A stretch of 64,000 bases of DNA. Origin: Utricularia gibba (taxonomy: Eukaryota; Plantae; Magnoliophyta). The stretch's first letter is position 1, and every line of letters begins with the position of its first letter. The notes under the pieces are model-generated. The model did not search any database. It saw nothing but the letters and a program-made list of their open reading frames with translations, and had not been told where the DNA came from. The position numbers were made by a program, and so were the translations under genes. The DNA lies in assembly GCA_002189035.1 (NCBI GenBank), contig NEEC01000024.1:558001-622000 (forward strand), written 5' to 3'. Shown here piece after piece: positions 26,831-39,815 of the stretch.

Positions 26831-28122
26831 TAGACACTTCTAATCACATTTAAACATAAAAACAACCTAAGAAATAATAAGAAAATGACACTTAACAAAG
26901 ACCCTTATGACTTTGTTCTTATGGGTTTAATCTTGTCGTGTATTCTATTTCACACTTATTGAAATCTTGGTTTATGTGTTGTATTCCATATACAACTCTA
27001 TGGATTTTATGTTCAGTTGTGAGTGGAATTGTTCTCTTTAGTCTATTAAGTGGAGAGTTGGAGATTTAACTTGTGGTAGTTTACTTTCTTTCTAATCCAC
27101 TACATCATTTTTTCCCTAGAGGAAGTGCACCATGATGGCTGGCGAAAAGAGGAGAGGTGATGGAGGTAATGGAGATATTCATATGAGGCTAGATCTAATT
27201 GAACAAGGGCTAGAGCAATTAATGACTTTCATGGAATTGTTATTGGCTAAACACACTCCTCCTCACCCTCAGAGAAATCTAGATGGCAACAATGCTGATT
27301 TAGAAAATGTTGGTTCTATTCGCTTTGAATCAGAGGATTGTTGATGGGACACAAGCATTCGAACTGATATTCTGAAGTTGCAGGGAGGGTTACAGATTGA
27401 AGAATTCTTGGACTTACAACTATGGAAGAGGTCATGGAATACAAGGGCATACTTGAAGATAAAGGGTTAGGGTTAGTTGTAACCCGATTGAAGGGTAGAG
27501 TAGTAGCTTGGTGGCAACAAGTGAAAGACAACCCGAAGCCATATGGGAAAACCACCAGCACAAACTTGAGAGAAAATGAAGAAACTTCTTCAAGCTAAGT
27601 TCCTCCCCTAAAACTATCATAAGGTTCGAAATCTGTGTTTCAAATTGAGTTTACAAACCGAACCGGTAAGGGACCACTTCGGTTCAAAATCCAGTTTTGA
27701 CTGGTCAAATATGAACTTGACCGGTCAAATCAGAAATTGATCAATAAAACACGAAATTAGTAATAATACATAATTTTCTAAATAATATATTAAATACAAC
27801 TAAATTATCAAATATTAATATCAAATATCAATTAAATAATACCAAATAAAATTTAAAATACATGTCTTATGTATTTCTACTAATAAAAGTATGAATATCA
27901 AAGTCTTCCACATCCTCAATATCAGCATCTTCATTTGTACTCAATTGAAAGGAAATTTCATTATCCATCTCTAGATTAATGTTGTTGAGAATTCCATAAT
28001 CTAAAGTATCATCAGATTGAATTACTTCTGAAATCTACATAATCAATAATATAATCAATTAACCATAAAAAAATAATAATATGAAAAAATATATCATATC
28101 AAATTAACAAGGTAAAATTGAA

Positions 28123-30315
28123 CTAACCATCATTGACTTTTGCTAGATTTATTTCTTCAAAAATAGTATTTTCTATATCTTCCACATCAATAAATGGATC
28201 ACCATCATCTTCCATAATCCAAGTATCAATGTCATCAATATGATTAACATCAATAGGATCATAGTGCTCACTTTCAAACTGCCATATATAAATTAAATAC
28301 ATATAAAATTTGTTAAACACACAATCAAAGTTTAATTAATAAATCAAACATTTAAAAATGTATCTTTGTGGAAGTTTGCCATTGTATTGTATAAATACTA
28401 GATCACTAACTTCTTTATGCTCTAATTGATTGTGTTTCTTTATATGTATACTATCAAAAACTTTCTAATTTCTTTCACAACATGAAGATGTGCATGTTTG
28501 TCCAAGAATCTTCACTGCAAGATTCATTATTAAAGGGGTACTTGATTCAAATGACCTCCACATTGAGCTACAAACATAGATATATTGAATTGTAATATAT
28601 ATGATTTAAAAAAAATATAAAACATGATAGATAACACTTGGTTGTTGAACAAGAATTTTTGCAAACATATTCTTCTTATCTCAAAAAGAATTCATCTGTA
28701 TCACATACTCATCAACATTGTCTCCTCCATACCGCTCAAACACATCAATAACATCATCAACAACCTTTCCCAATTCACTTACATGTTTTGGATCGTACTG
28801 AAAGTATGGATTTAAGAAATAAGCTGTTGAATAACATTGTTTCCTAAACTTACTTCCCCAACGCTTCTCAATAATCTTCGTAAATGGATCATATAATCTT
28901 TCATTACTTCCATAAATTGTCTTCATTGTTTCCATTACCTTTATCATGCCTCCATAAACAAATCCCATTTGATGGGGTATAAATCGGGTGAGGATAATCG
29001 GCCTCTGAAAGGCTGCCAAAAGGAGCTCTGATGGGATAAGGCCAGCCTAAAAACTGATGTGTGTTAGAAATCTGACAGTGGCGGCCGTATGACACCGTCT
29101 GAAAAGTGGACGAATTACAACAGAGCAGGCGGCCGATATCTGAAGAGCGAGATTACAATGCAGGCGCAGAAATCAACCGACATATGTAGGATTCAGAACT
29201 CAGTCAAATTGACTTCTTCTATAAGTAGAGGAAATCACGAAGGGAAAGGGGTTCGATCCTTAACTTCCCAACTTGTATTCTCTCCCCTCAACTCCATCTA
29301 GTGAAGATTATCTCCGGCGAGCTCCGGCAGCTCAGTGGTTTTTCCGTCTTTCGACGGTTTCCACCTAAAAATCTCGCTTTAACTGAACACCAAATACCAC
29401 GCAAATAAAAATCGGGAAGGCTGCTTCTGGCCACATCCATAACTCGAAATTCAGCCCAACCCAGATACCGATTTTTTCCCTTAACACCATTGTTGGCTTC
29501 TTTTCAACATCTACAATCCTTAAAAACGTCATAAGAGGTTTAAGGATCATAATGACAATTTTACAATCATTCCAAAAACTCACATCTCTAACAATATCTT
29601 TAAGATCATCCCGATGTGTAGTTTGAAAACTCCCTATTCAATCTAAATACTTGAAGATCATCCCGATAAGCAACAAGACTAGAGAGTGCAAGAAAATTTG
29701 ATCCAAATCTAGTTCCTGAAGGTGTGTTGATTTCTCTCCAACTTTCCCTTTGTCTCAACCATGCAAGCCAATGACCATGATTATATACAATCTAGAAATA
29801 ACATCAGCTCTTTCAACAAGAATTTTAATACCAGGCAACATTCCAATATCCTTAATTATAAGATTAACACAATGGGCAGCACAAGGTGACCAAAAAAGTG
29901 TGCCATTATATTCCTCAAGTAATCGTCCTACTTTACGATAATTACTTGCATTATCTGTAATAACTTAAACAACATTTTTAGGTCCAATCCACTCAATTAT
30001 TTCCACAAATAATAACAACAATGTCTTGGCATTTTTAACTTTGGAAGATAAATCTATAGATTTATAAAACATAGTGCCATTTGGACTACATATCAAAAAA
30101 ATGACTAAGGATCTTAATGACATATCAGTCCAACCATCTGCCATTATAGTACAACCTATCTTAGCCCAACTACTTCTCATTGTATCTATCCAAAGCAACA
30201 GCTCTTGCTTAAAAGTTTTCAATAAAGGCACACATAACTCATGATATGAAGGAACATCTAAAGCATCACCTAATTTAAGTATCACCACTAACATTTTTAT
30301 AAAATATTTAGACAA
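28123..30315 (-). pseudogene. hAT transposase pseudogene
   Basis: Motifs VPSYHEL, GCTIMADGWTD, GTMFYKSID, ITDNASNY, WSPCAAHCVNL, FWNDC..ILKPLMTFLRIVD, MGFVYG, AYFLNP and SSCCERNW. Contains multiple stops and an LTR insertion. Confidence 0.9.
28970..29486. repeat. Solo LTR (517 bp) inside the hAT transposase
   Basis: TG..CA termini with a perfect 5-bp TSD CCATT (28965-28969 and 29487-29491). Removing it rejoins KKPT and MGFVYG. Confidence 0.85.
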
Positions 30316-30380
30316 TTAATAGCTTGGCTTTGGTTACCATATCTTTCGAAGTTGTGAATTTTTTCATTGTTGTCTGTTGT

Positions 30381-31881
30381 TGTTAGTGTATGTGTTCTAG
30401 AGACAATCAACTCATTGGCAAATCTTATCTTTTCATATTTACTTTGAATTGTGATCAAATTCATATCATTGATAAAATCCTCTACTTGATCTATGTGCCA
30501 TAGAAATTATGATGAGATCATAATGCGAGATTCTACAAGCATTTGTGTTCAAGTTAAAAACTCCCTGGCTAGACTATTTGTGAAATGAGGATATCACAGA
30601 TACGGATAAGCTAGCACACATTGAGTTCCCTAAACTGTCTAAGCAATGGTTCTCACAATTGATGTAATGAGATTACTAGAACCTATGTATGGGTGTTGAT
30701 TAGAGAATCGATTCACTGGATGACTCATCTTCGAGAAGATACTATGGGAAGCTAACCAAGTGTTAGTAGCAAGATCTCGAATTGACAACCGTGCAAGCAA
30801 GCTTAGACTTGAGATGAACAAAGTTATCTTGATCTTAAGCTCACATTTTCGCTCATTACTAATGGGAGCCAAACCATGGCTTGCCTAGTATGGATGAGTA
30901 GGGATGTGACTCCTTAAGGTTGGAGATAGTTGATTGATCAATAAAAGATTCATCACTCATGTTAGTGATGAGATCATATCTCAAGTAATTTCATCAAAGC
31001 CTAACAGTAAGTCCTGGGCCCAGAGTAATGACACTCGAATTGTTTGTGTAGGTCATTGAGTGTTAGTGCTTGAATGCAATTATAATTTCGATAAATCAGA
31101 AAGACACACACCCATGTTCTGGTACCGAATGAGATATAAGTATGATGAAAGCTGTTCATTGCATGGTGGCTGGTCATGGAAAGGCTCAATCAGTTCACCG
31201 GATTATTCTTACATCTTGGGGATCATGATATGTTGCTAGACATCACTCATGGTCAATAATGATGGATTTGATTGATTAAGAGTTAATTAATAAATCCATT
31301 ATTATGGCCTTGATTGAAGAAGCCTATAGGGTCACACATAATAGTGGAGCCACTCATCGATATAAAATAGAATGACACAATTAAATGAGATGTAATTGGT
31401 AAAGTGGATAAATTAAATAGAGAGTTATTTTGAGATTAATATTGATTAAACTCAAAATAAAAGATTTTATATAGATAAGATTCGGAACATATACATATCT
31501 CCACAAAATAAGATATTTACGGAGATGTGATCTGATATGTTACCATATATCTATCAAAAGATTTAGATCTACATATCGGTTTTCAGCACTTTCGTGCTCT
31601 CTGAGATTGATCCACAAGGGGGCGATTTTCTCTACTAGCATCTGAGGAATTCAACCAGCATCCATCAACCTTGAGAAGGTTATCGATGGAGCGCTCCACG
31701 TGTGGATACCATATAGGTCGTCTGCTATTGGCGGTAGGTGAATAACGGAGTCCTCTAAAAGGTATTTTCAGTATCCCTATATCTGACATATACTGTATTC
31801 CAAGATCTGCGATTGGGGTTTCTAAAAAATTTATAAATTTTGCTGCTTTTATGACATACGATGTCTACGAGAAACCCAACA
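30381..31881 (+). repeat. Angela-type Copia solo LTR (1501 bp) inside the hAT element
   Basis: TGTTAG..CCCAACA termini with a perfect TSD GTTGT (30376-30380 and 31882-31886). Two more copies lie in the window. Confidence 0.92.
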
Positions 31882-32492
31882 GTTGTATCATCCATGTGAT
31901 TGCTTTCATAGCTAAAAAATGAACCTAAATAATATCAAATAGTTAGAATTAAAAAAAATTCAAACAAATCATAGCTCCAGCATTTATATAACTTAAATAA
32001 CTAAACAACATTATAGTAATAAACATGAAAATACAGAAATTGCAATAAACAAAAAATCATAATAATGATATAAGTATTAGGGTTCAAACAACGCACATAG
32101 AAGCATTTTAATAAATAGAAAAATATAAAATTAACTACCAAGATAAAATTGAAAGAGTTATGGACTCCACAAAATGCTATAATGATCAGATTGAAGTAGT
32201 TTTTGAAGCAAACTTTGTGATATAAGTAAAGGAACTAAGAAGACAATCATCTGCACCTATGAATTTGAAACCCTGAATTTTCTCAAAAAAAAACGAATTT
32301 TGGGCTTTATAAAAATTTGAACCCAAAAGTGAATGAATATGATACAAAAGGGTGCATAAAATCCAGTAAAAAAATTAAAGCTGATTATCTTTATAGAAGT
32401 GGGTCATGATCTCTTTTGAAAAACCGGAAATCCATTACTGGTTAACTGGTTATTTAATAAAAACTAACTAATCAGTTTCACCCATAGGTTAA

Positions 32493-33634
32493 TGATAAGT
32501 GATTTTATGTCGTTCCAAAATATGTTTTTCCATTACTTTTGAGTGTTGTTTTTACTTATTTTAAACTTCACTTTCTCATTATTTTCAATTAATTTTACAT
32601 CTTTCAAATTAATTTGATCTTTTTGGAAAGAAACGTATTTTATGGATTTTTAGGGCATTTGTAGATCAATTTGAGGAGAAATCAAGACCCACCAAATTAT
32701 GGACTCGATGGACCACGAATCTCAGCCCAAGACTCAGTCAAACGATGAAGATTTGGTCCAAGATTTATCGATAAGATAAAAATATGAAGATAATTTTGGA
32801 ATATTTAGATAAAAGATTTGGATAGAAGATACAAGCCCATCAAGCAAGCTCAATACGAAGACTTGGATCTATTATCCAATAAATATCTCACTATCTCAAC
32901 CATTACAGAGGTCTTTGACCACTTTTCCTTGTATTTTTCCTATTTTAGTGTCTATTTTTATGTCAGAGACGAGTCTGCGCGTGTAGGAGCTTGCGGTTAA
33001 GGATCTGCGGTGAAACTTTGCTTGCGCAAGTCCTGCACGTGTGACTGTCTTACTATGCTTTTCAACATTTATTTTGAGGTTTGATTCTTTTTTTCGTAAC
33101 GTTTTCTTTACCAACGTGATCTTTAGTACCATATAACCCTAAGGGAGTATGGAAAAATCAAAGGTTGGCCTCAAGCACCTAAGGAGAAGGGTTCAATCGG
33201 ACATCGTTGGTAACGCACATTCTGTCTAATCTGTCTACAAGGTGAGAGGTGTAGGGGTTAGATTTGGGTGTGGGGAAAACATGAGTTATTACAAGAGGTG
33301 AAATGACTCTGGTGGCGTGGTTGATTCCATAATCCCACTAAACAAGGGACGATGCTATAACAATCAACGAGTAGCACTACTTTAGAATAATACCCCCAGA
33401 GCTTGCGCACGCAGGTCAGTCTTCAAAGTTTGCATACACGCAAGGATGAGTTTTAAGCAAGGTGGATCTTAGATCCAATGCCATTTTTCTTATTGTTTTT
33501 AAACTCAAACCTTCTTTTGTTTTCAGTCTTTTTAAGTCTTTGTTTTGAAAAGAAAATTCCAATAACAATTCCCTATGGATACGAACTTATTTTATTACTT
33601 CGACGGTTTCTGTGCACTTGCAGAATTACCATCG
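32493..33634 (+). repeat. Athila-family solo LTR (about 1.14 kb) in the hAT subterminal region
   Basis: Reverse-complement homolog of 10406-11594, with termini TGATAAG..ACCATCG and a near-TSD GTTAA/ATTAA. Confidence 0.88.
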
Positions 33635-34449
33635 ATTAACCGGTGAGTTTTAAAACACAGTTTGAAACGTTATTGAAACAATATTTGACTAATAATTATT
33701 TTCAAGAAATCTATTCTCAAACTCAGGTCGGCACCTTTCATGATCATAGTATTATTGATGGATTTCTATTCAAGTGTAATCGGCTTTGCATTCCCACAAT
33801 CAACCTTCGCCTATAGATTGTCATGGAGCTTCATAATGAAGGACATGTGAGGGAGATCAAACAATGTTTCTAGTGCGAAGCACATATTTCTGACCAAAAC
33901 AATAGAAACTGGTAGCACAATTTTTTTAGTACTGTCAAGTTTGCCAAAAGAATAAAGATCATGTGTCAAATGTGGGCCTTTATATCCAACTACCGGTCCC
34001 CGACCAACTGTGGGTGGATTTGAGCATGGATTTTGTTCTTGACCTTCCGAGAACCCAAAAAGGGATGGAGTCTATTTTTGTTTAGTGGATCCTTTCTAAA
34101 AAATGGTGCATTTTATTCCATACAAGAAAACTAGTGATGCAAGTCATGTGGTGCAGCTATTTTTTTTAGATGTCTACCACTACATGGGCTTAATAGTTTC
34201 AGATCAAGATAATCAATTTTGTGGGCATTTTTTACGGAGCTTGTGGAAACTAGTGGGGACGCATCTCAACAACGCTTGTTATCCTGAGACTGATGGATAG
34301 ACTGAAGTGGTGAACCGATCTCTAGGCAACCTACCTCAATGTTTAATGGATGCGCATTTGTGAGTGGAATTGTTATGTTTAATCTGTTAAGTATAGGGTT
34401 GGAGAGCTAACTTGCGTTAGTTTACCTTCTTTGTTGATCCACTACATCA

Positions 34450-37400
34450 CATCAGTTACCATTACTTCATGATATCAGAGCTCACTTACAAGAGTAAATT
34501 CTTTTGATCCTCACAACTATCTTGCACATTTCTACACTCAGAGATCTCATGGCTACCCTCTCCCTCAATGTTGCAATTTTTTGATTATCAAACTCAGTTC
34601 CACTAACTATCTTCTTTGGCGAGAACAGGTCCTAGCTTTAGCTGAAAGGCGGAACCTTGTCTGCTATCTTATGGGTGAAATACAACCACCCTCTAATCCT
34701 GCGAACTCTTTTACAGAACCCATTGGCGAAGTCCCACCTTTACAAACCAATGCGTACCTCTCCCAGAGACATCTTCTACTTCAAGGTTGGATTATTGGTA
34801 CCCTTACTGAAAATTCACTTGGCCTTGTTATAAGTCTAGAAACATCTGCAGCCGTTTGAGCACCACTAAAAGATGCTTATGCTGAAGATTATGAGGAGCA
34901 TGCCTTTGTTCTTTGGCACCAATTAATCTACCTACAAAAAATAGATTCAACATCCATGGAAAACCACCTCCGTCTCTTTAAAAAATTGTGTGACTCCCTC
35001 GCCACCATTGAAAAGCCCATTGCTGATGCTAAAAAGGTATCACTTCTTCTTCATGCCTTAGACCACTCCTATAATGTCTTCACTATTATCATGCTAAAAC
35101 ACCAAAGACCCACATACTCCGAGTTAATTCCTCAACTTCATAGCTATGAGCTTCAACACAAATTTTCTCATCATTCTCCCTCATCCCATGCTGCCTATCA
35201 AGCCAGTCGATAGAAACCTCACACTCAAAACACCTTCTTTTCATCTGTTGATCATGGCTTCAAGCTCACCAACAATCCACGAATTCATCACTCGCTTGCC
35301 AAGCTCACCCTCCACCTTCGGGTAGACATCATATGACAACCGAAGAACGTGAGTTGTATAAAAATGAAACTTGTGAGATTTGTGATACACTCAGACATGT
35401 CGCCCAAATTTGTTGGTACCTTCTTGATGGCTTGTTGGTTGTCTTCTACACATGTCTTTCAAGCACTTCATTGGGATGGCTCTATAGGCTCTATTGAATG
35501 GGTGTCTGACACTAGAGATTTTGCACACATGACAAGTAACTCCTCTCCTCTCTACTCCATTACACCACCCGATGCGCATGATGCGGTCCTCACATGTGAT
35601 GGCTCTCCTCTACCAATCCTTGGTATGGGGAATACCATTATCACCCAAAATACTACCTCTCTATTTTTAAAGAAGGTATTGCATGTTCCTCAACTCACCT
35701 CTAATCTTTTATCGGTTAGTCAGCTTACAAGTCAATATCTTGTTAATTGTGAATTGACTAATCATTTGCTTCTTGTTAAGGATTGCTAGATTGGAAAGAT
35801 TCCTTCCTTAATGGTTATCTTTCCACTCGTTCAAATAAAGCATCTGCTAAGTTAAGGCATCGATGCTTAGGGCATTCTCATATTGCTGCTATTCATCATT
35901 AACAAAAAAAAATTTAATTTACATTTCTGGCTATTGAACTCATAAATTTTGCAACAGTTGTCAACTTGGCAAACTTAGCAAACTTCCATTTTTACCTTTT
36001 GAACCCCTACTCATCGCCCCTTTCAAAAAATTCATTGTAATTTATGAGATCCTACACCAGTAATATCTCTTCATAAATCTAAATATTATGCTTGCTTTTT
36101 TTTATGATTTTAACAAATTTGTTTGATTTTTTCTTCTACGCCATAAGCGTGATTTTTCTAATATTTATTTTAACTTAGAAAATTATGTTAATCATCAAAT
36201 TCAATAACACATTCAAGTTTTTCAATCGGATGGCTGTGGTGAATTTCTTAATATTTGCTTAAGTGACCATTTTGAAAAACATCACATTATTCATCAAATT
36301 TCATGTCCTCATACCCTTGAACAAAACGATGTGGCTGAATGTCATCATCGCACCATTCCTGAGATTAGAATGACCATGTGTAAGGCTAGGGGCCTTGTGA
36401 CAGTTACGTATTCCATATTGGTTATGGACGGGGGTGGGGATATGTTTAAATAGAAGAACCTTGCTAATCTTATATGAGGTCTTTTTCCAGAAATGGGAGA
36501 ACATAAAACCGTGAAGTTTGGGTGTTCAAAGTGGAAAATATCCTGTAATGCGAGTGTGGGTCATGACATCATGCTTTTTCATAGTGCCACTCCTCTTTCT
36601 CTTTGGGTTGATGCCTTCCATAGTGCTCTTTATATCCTAAATTTTGTTCCCACTCGTGTGTTACGAAATTCCACTCCCTATGAAATGCTTTAATATAAAC
36701 CTCCCACTTTTGATCATCATCACGTCTTTGGTAGTTAATGTTTTCCATATCTTTGGACAGATTCTACAAAAAAAATTTCTCTCAAATCCTTACCCTATGT
36801 CTTTATTGATTGCAATGAATATTACAAAGGCTACTAGTGCTATCATCCATTGACGTATCAGATCTTCATCTCGCGCCATAGAGGAGACAACCTTTCCGTA
36901 TCGTAATTGGCATCTTGATGTCTATCATGTCTCATTTCTCAATGATGATTGGGTCCACTTACCAAGCTCCCTCCTACCTCTATCTAGTACTCATCCCCTG
37001 TTTCAATAAATATCCCCCCTACCCCACCCATCCACTCCTCCGATTGAGACTACACCCCTTTCATTGCCTTTTTCTTCCCATCCTTTACCCCCTCAATCAC
37101 ACACCCCTTCAACCTTCACCAGCCACCCCCCTCCCCCCCACACGTGCCTTCTCATCCAATGATGACTCAATATCATGCCTATGTTGCCCTTATACTTTTT
37201 ATCCCACCTGAGCCCAAAACTCTCCAACAAGCCCTGTCTCATCCCAACTGGTGCAATGCCATACAAGCTGAACTTTCCTTGCATCACAATCACACACATT
37301 CTGCTTATTCCTCACACACGTACCATGCATGTCATTGGTTTTAAGTAGGTTTAGAAAGCGAAGCTCAAGATCAATGGTTCTCATGATTGTCTTAAAGCTC

Positions 37401-38700
37401 ACCTAGTTGCTAAGGAATACAACCAAGTTGATGATGTTGACTACATAGAAACCTTCTACTCGATGATTCGTCCTACCACCATTCGCCTCGTTCTCACCAT
37501 TGCACTTCAGGGTAGATGGCCTATTCGTCAAGTTGATGTGACAAATGCCTTTCTCCATGGTGATCTTTGAAAAACCATTTACATTGCTCAACCCCTAGAT
37601 ATGTTTGATCCTCACCTCTCCACCTTTTACAAGTTTAGCTCCTTTCTTCTTTACCTTCGCATTCAGTGCAGTTTTGCTGACTCTTCCCTTTTTTTCATCA
37701 TTCTCTTATTAGTATTGTTTATCTTCTTTTCTATGTTAATGACATGCTCTTAACAGCCAGCTCAGAGTCTCTTCTTCAATCGCTTATCTCTAATCTTGCC
37801 ACCCAAATTGCCTTAAAAGACTTGGGGTCTCCCCACCACTTCCTTGGTATTGAAATTCAATCCTCTATGATGAGTCTTCATCTTTCTAAGACTCACTATG
37901 CCATTTCTATTCTTGAGAGGTTCAACATGCAAGATTGTCATCCTATCAATTTCTATTGGCTCTTATTGGCTCTCTTCAATACCTGACCTTTATCCATCTT
38001 GAGCTTCAATTTTTTATCAACTTCCTCTATCAGTTTCTGCAACACCCAACCCATCATCATCTTGCCCTTGCCTATCATATTCTTCGCTATGTTAAAGGTA
38101 CTCCCACCCATGGCATCCTCTTATCCTTGCATCCACATCCACATCTCCACGGTTATGGTGATGCTCTCTTGTGACAACCTTAGTGCTGTTCAACCGTGAA
38201 CTCAGTTCTTCATCACCATAGTAAGCATATTGAGCTAGATTATCACTTTGTTTGTGAGAAAGGTTGCTGGAGGTCTCTTAATCACCAAGTAAATCCATGT
38301 GTTGTCTCAAGTGGCTGATTTGTTTACCAAAATTCTCACCAAATCGATGTTGGTCAAGTTTCATAGCAAACTCACCATCCACCCACGACCTCATTTATAG
38401 GGGGTTGATGAACCAAAACAGTAGACACAAGTGCTAGGATAATTCAACAAAGCCTAACTCCATCAATCCTTCTCACTACAAAGAGATTGCCTAGCCCATA
38501 TGCTACTTCCTAGAGATGATCCTACTAAAGACTACACTTAATTTCCTTTATTCATTAGAGTTTCTCTTTAAATAGTTCATTCACAAACAAATAATATGGA
38601 TCTTCTAATTTTTATTGACTAAGTTCAATGCATCTCTTTGTCTTTTTTTTTTTTTGTTAACCAAACTTTTGATCAACACGAAATCCATCATGGCCACTCA
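34450..38700 (+). mobile_element. Degenerate Ty1/Copia retrotransposon, RE1-like (boundaries approximate)
   Basis: PBS-like TGATATCAGAGC at 34470. Gag (IKLSSTNYLLWREQV), integrase (IQVFQSDG.GEF), RT (EPKTLQQALSHPNW, RQVDVTNAFLHG, LKDLG) and RNase H (CDNLSAV, SKHIELDYHFV) remnants with many stops. A purine tract precedes TGATGAACC at 38406. Confidence 0.88.
36379..36568 (+). repeat. TRIM-like solo LTR (190 bp) inside the Copia integrase
   Basis: TGTAAG..ATGACA termini with a near-TSD CCATG/TCATG. It contains CATAAAACCGTGA..CAAAGTGGAAAATATC, resembling the TRIM LTR motif. Removing it rejoins MT and MLFHSA. Confidence 0.7.
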
Positions 38701-39815
38701 AATTGTGCCATGAGGCAAATGCTCTGATATTATGTTGAAATTAAGGATCAATTAGTTGGTCAAGTACACGTGAAGCTCACAAAAAACATATATCACATTA
38801 GAAAAGATTAGACTCAATCGATTACTAATTATCTAAAATTTGTTATATACTTGATTATTTTACTTTCAAATCCCGATACAATAGCTTGTTCCAATTGTTG
38901 AAAGAGAATACGATGAGTCAAGTGAGCACATATGAAGTCCAAGTATACAAGAATTATAAATCATATTTGAAAAAATTAATTTCAATCGATTATTGATGAT
39001 CTATAATTTGTTATATGCTTGATTATTTTATTTTTAAATCCCGATATATAATTGCTTGTTCATCCATGCACTCTCATTCCAGATTGTTTTGTTCCAGACT
39101 TTGAGAATGAGTGATGGATCATTGAGTAAGAAAAAGAAAGAACATTCACCAAATCTCGCTGAGAATTGTAATGAAGAGGCTGCTTCTTCCTTGGAGCTAC
39201 GCTGCTTCCAAGGAGTTGCAAAATTCAAGGAAAAAAAAAACTAAAGACCATTAGATGGTCTTTTAATAATTACCATAAGTGCCTAAATCCTATGTCTGGT
39301 AGGTCTCCTAAGTGCCTATACACGATGTCCTTGATTGTAATCTAAGCTTCGTAAGGCTCCGGATTGCTCATGTTTCCGTCACTCATTTCACGCGCCGCTG
39401 CTTCAGTTTTGTCCTCGTCATTTGCTTGCGCTCCATGACACATACGAGCTTCATCCTGTTGCGTGTGAGGAAGAATGTGTGCATAACTTGCTTCCGGATT
39501 CCTCATTGAATAGAAAGGGATTGCTCAAAGGCTGACAACGGAATGTTTAACCATTATCTTGAAGAGGGTGAGGTCTGGATATACGAGTTCTTCAGCTCTT
39601 CTTTCAAATGGAAGTAGCGGATATAAACCTGTCACTGTTAGTGTACAAAGTAATATTAACTCCTCTCCGTTTGTCTTTAATGCAGAATCATTTTGAGAAA
39701 CATACCTGTACTTTCTCCTCTTTCGCTACTGTAGGAAAGTAGAATAGCTGATTGATTCCATCTCTGTCTGTCTGTCTGATTGGAAGGTAAAGCAAGCGTT
39801 GAAGGCAGATCGAAT

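Larger units (their letters stand above)
27633..33660 (-). mobile_element. hAT DNA transposon (DUF659/dimerisation-domain type) with both ends
   Basis: TIRs CTGTGTTTCAAA (27633) and TTTAAAACACAG (ending 33660). Degenerate 8-bp TSD TTCGAAAT (27625-27632) and TTTGAAAC (33661-33668). AACCGG/CCGGT subterminal motifs at both ends. Confidence 0.88.
26930..34449 (+). mobile_element. CRM-like (chromovirus) Ty3/Gypsy remnant, host of the hAT insertion (left boundary approximate)
   Basis: The LTR 3' end GTGAGTGGAATTGTT..ATCCACTACATCA occurs twice (ending at 27107 and 34449). A gag remnant at 27132-27620 reads EEFLD..VMEYKG..RLKGRVVAWWQQ..KFLP. An integrase remnant at 33740-34340 reads DGFLFKCNRLCIP, ELHNEGHV and VHFIPYKKTSDASHV. 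Protease, RT and RNase H are not seen. Confidence 0.75.
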
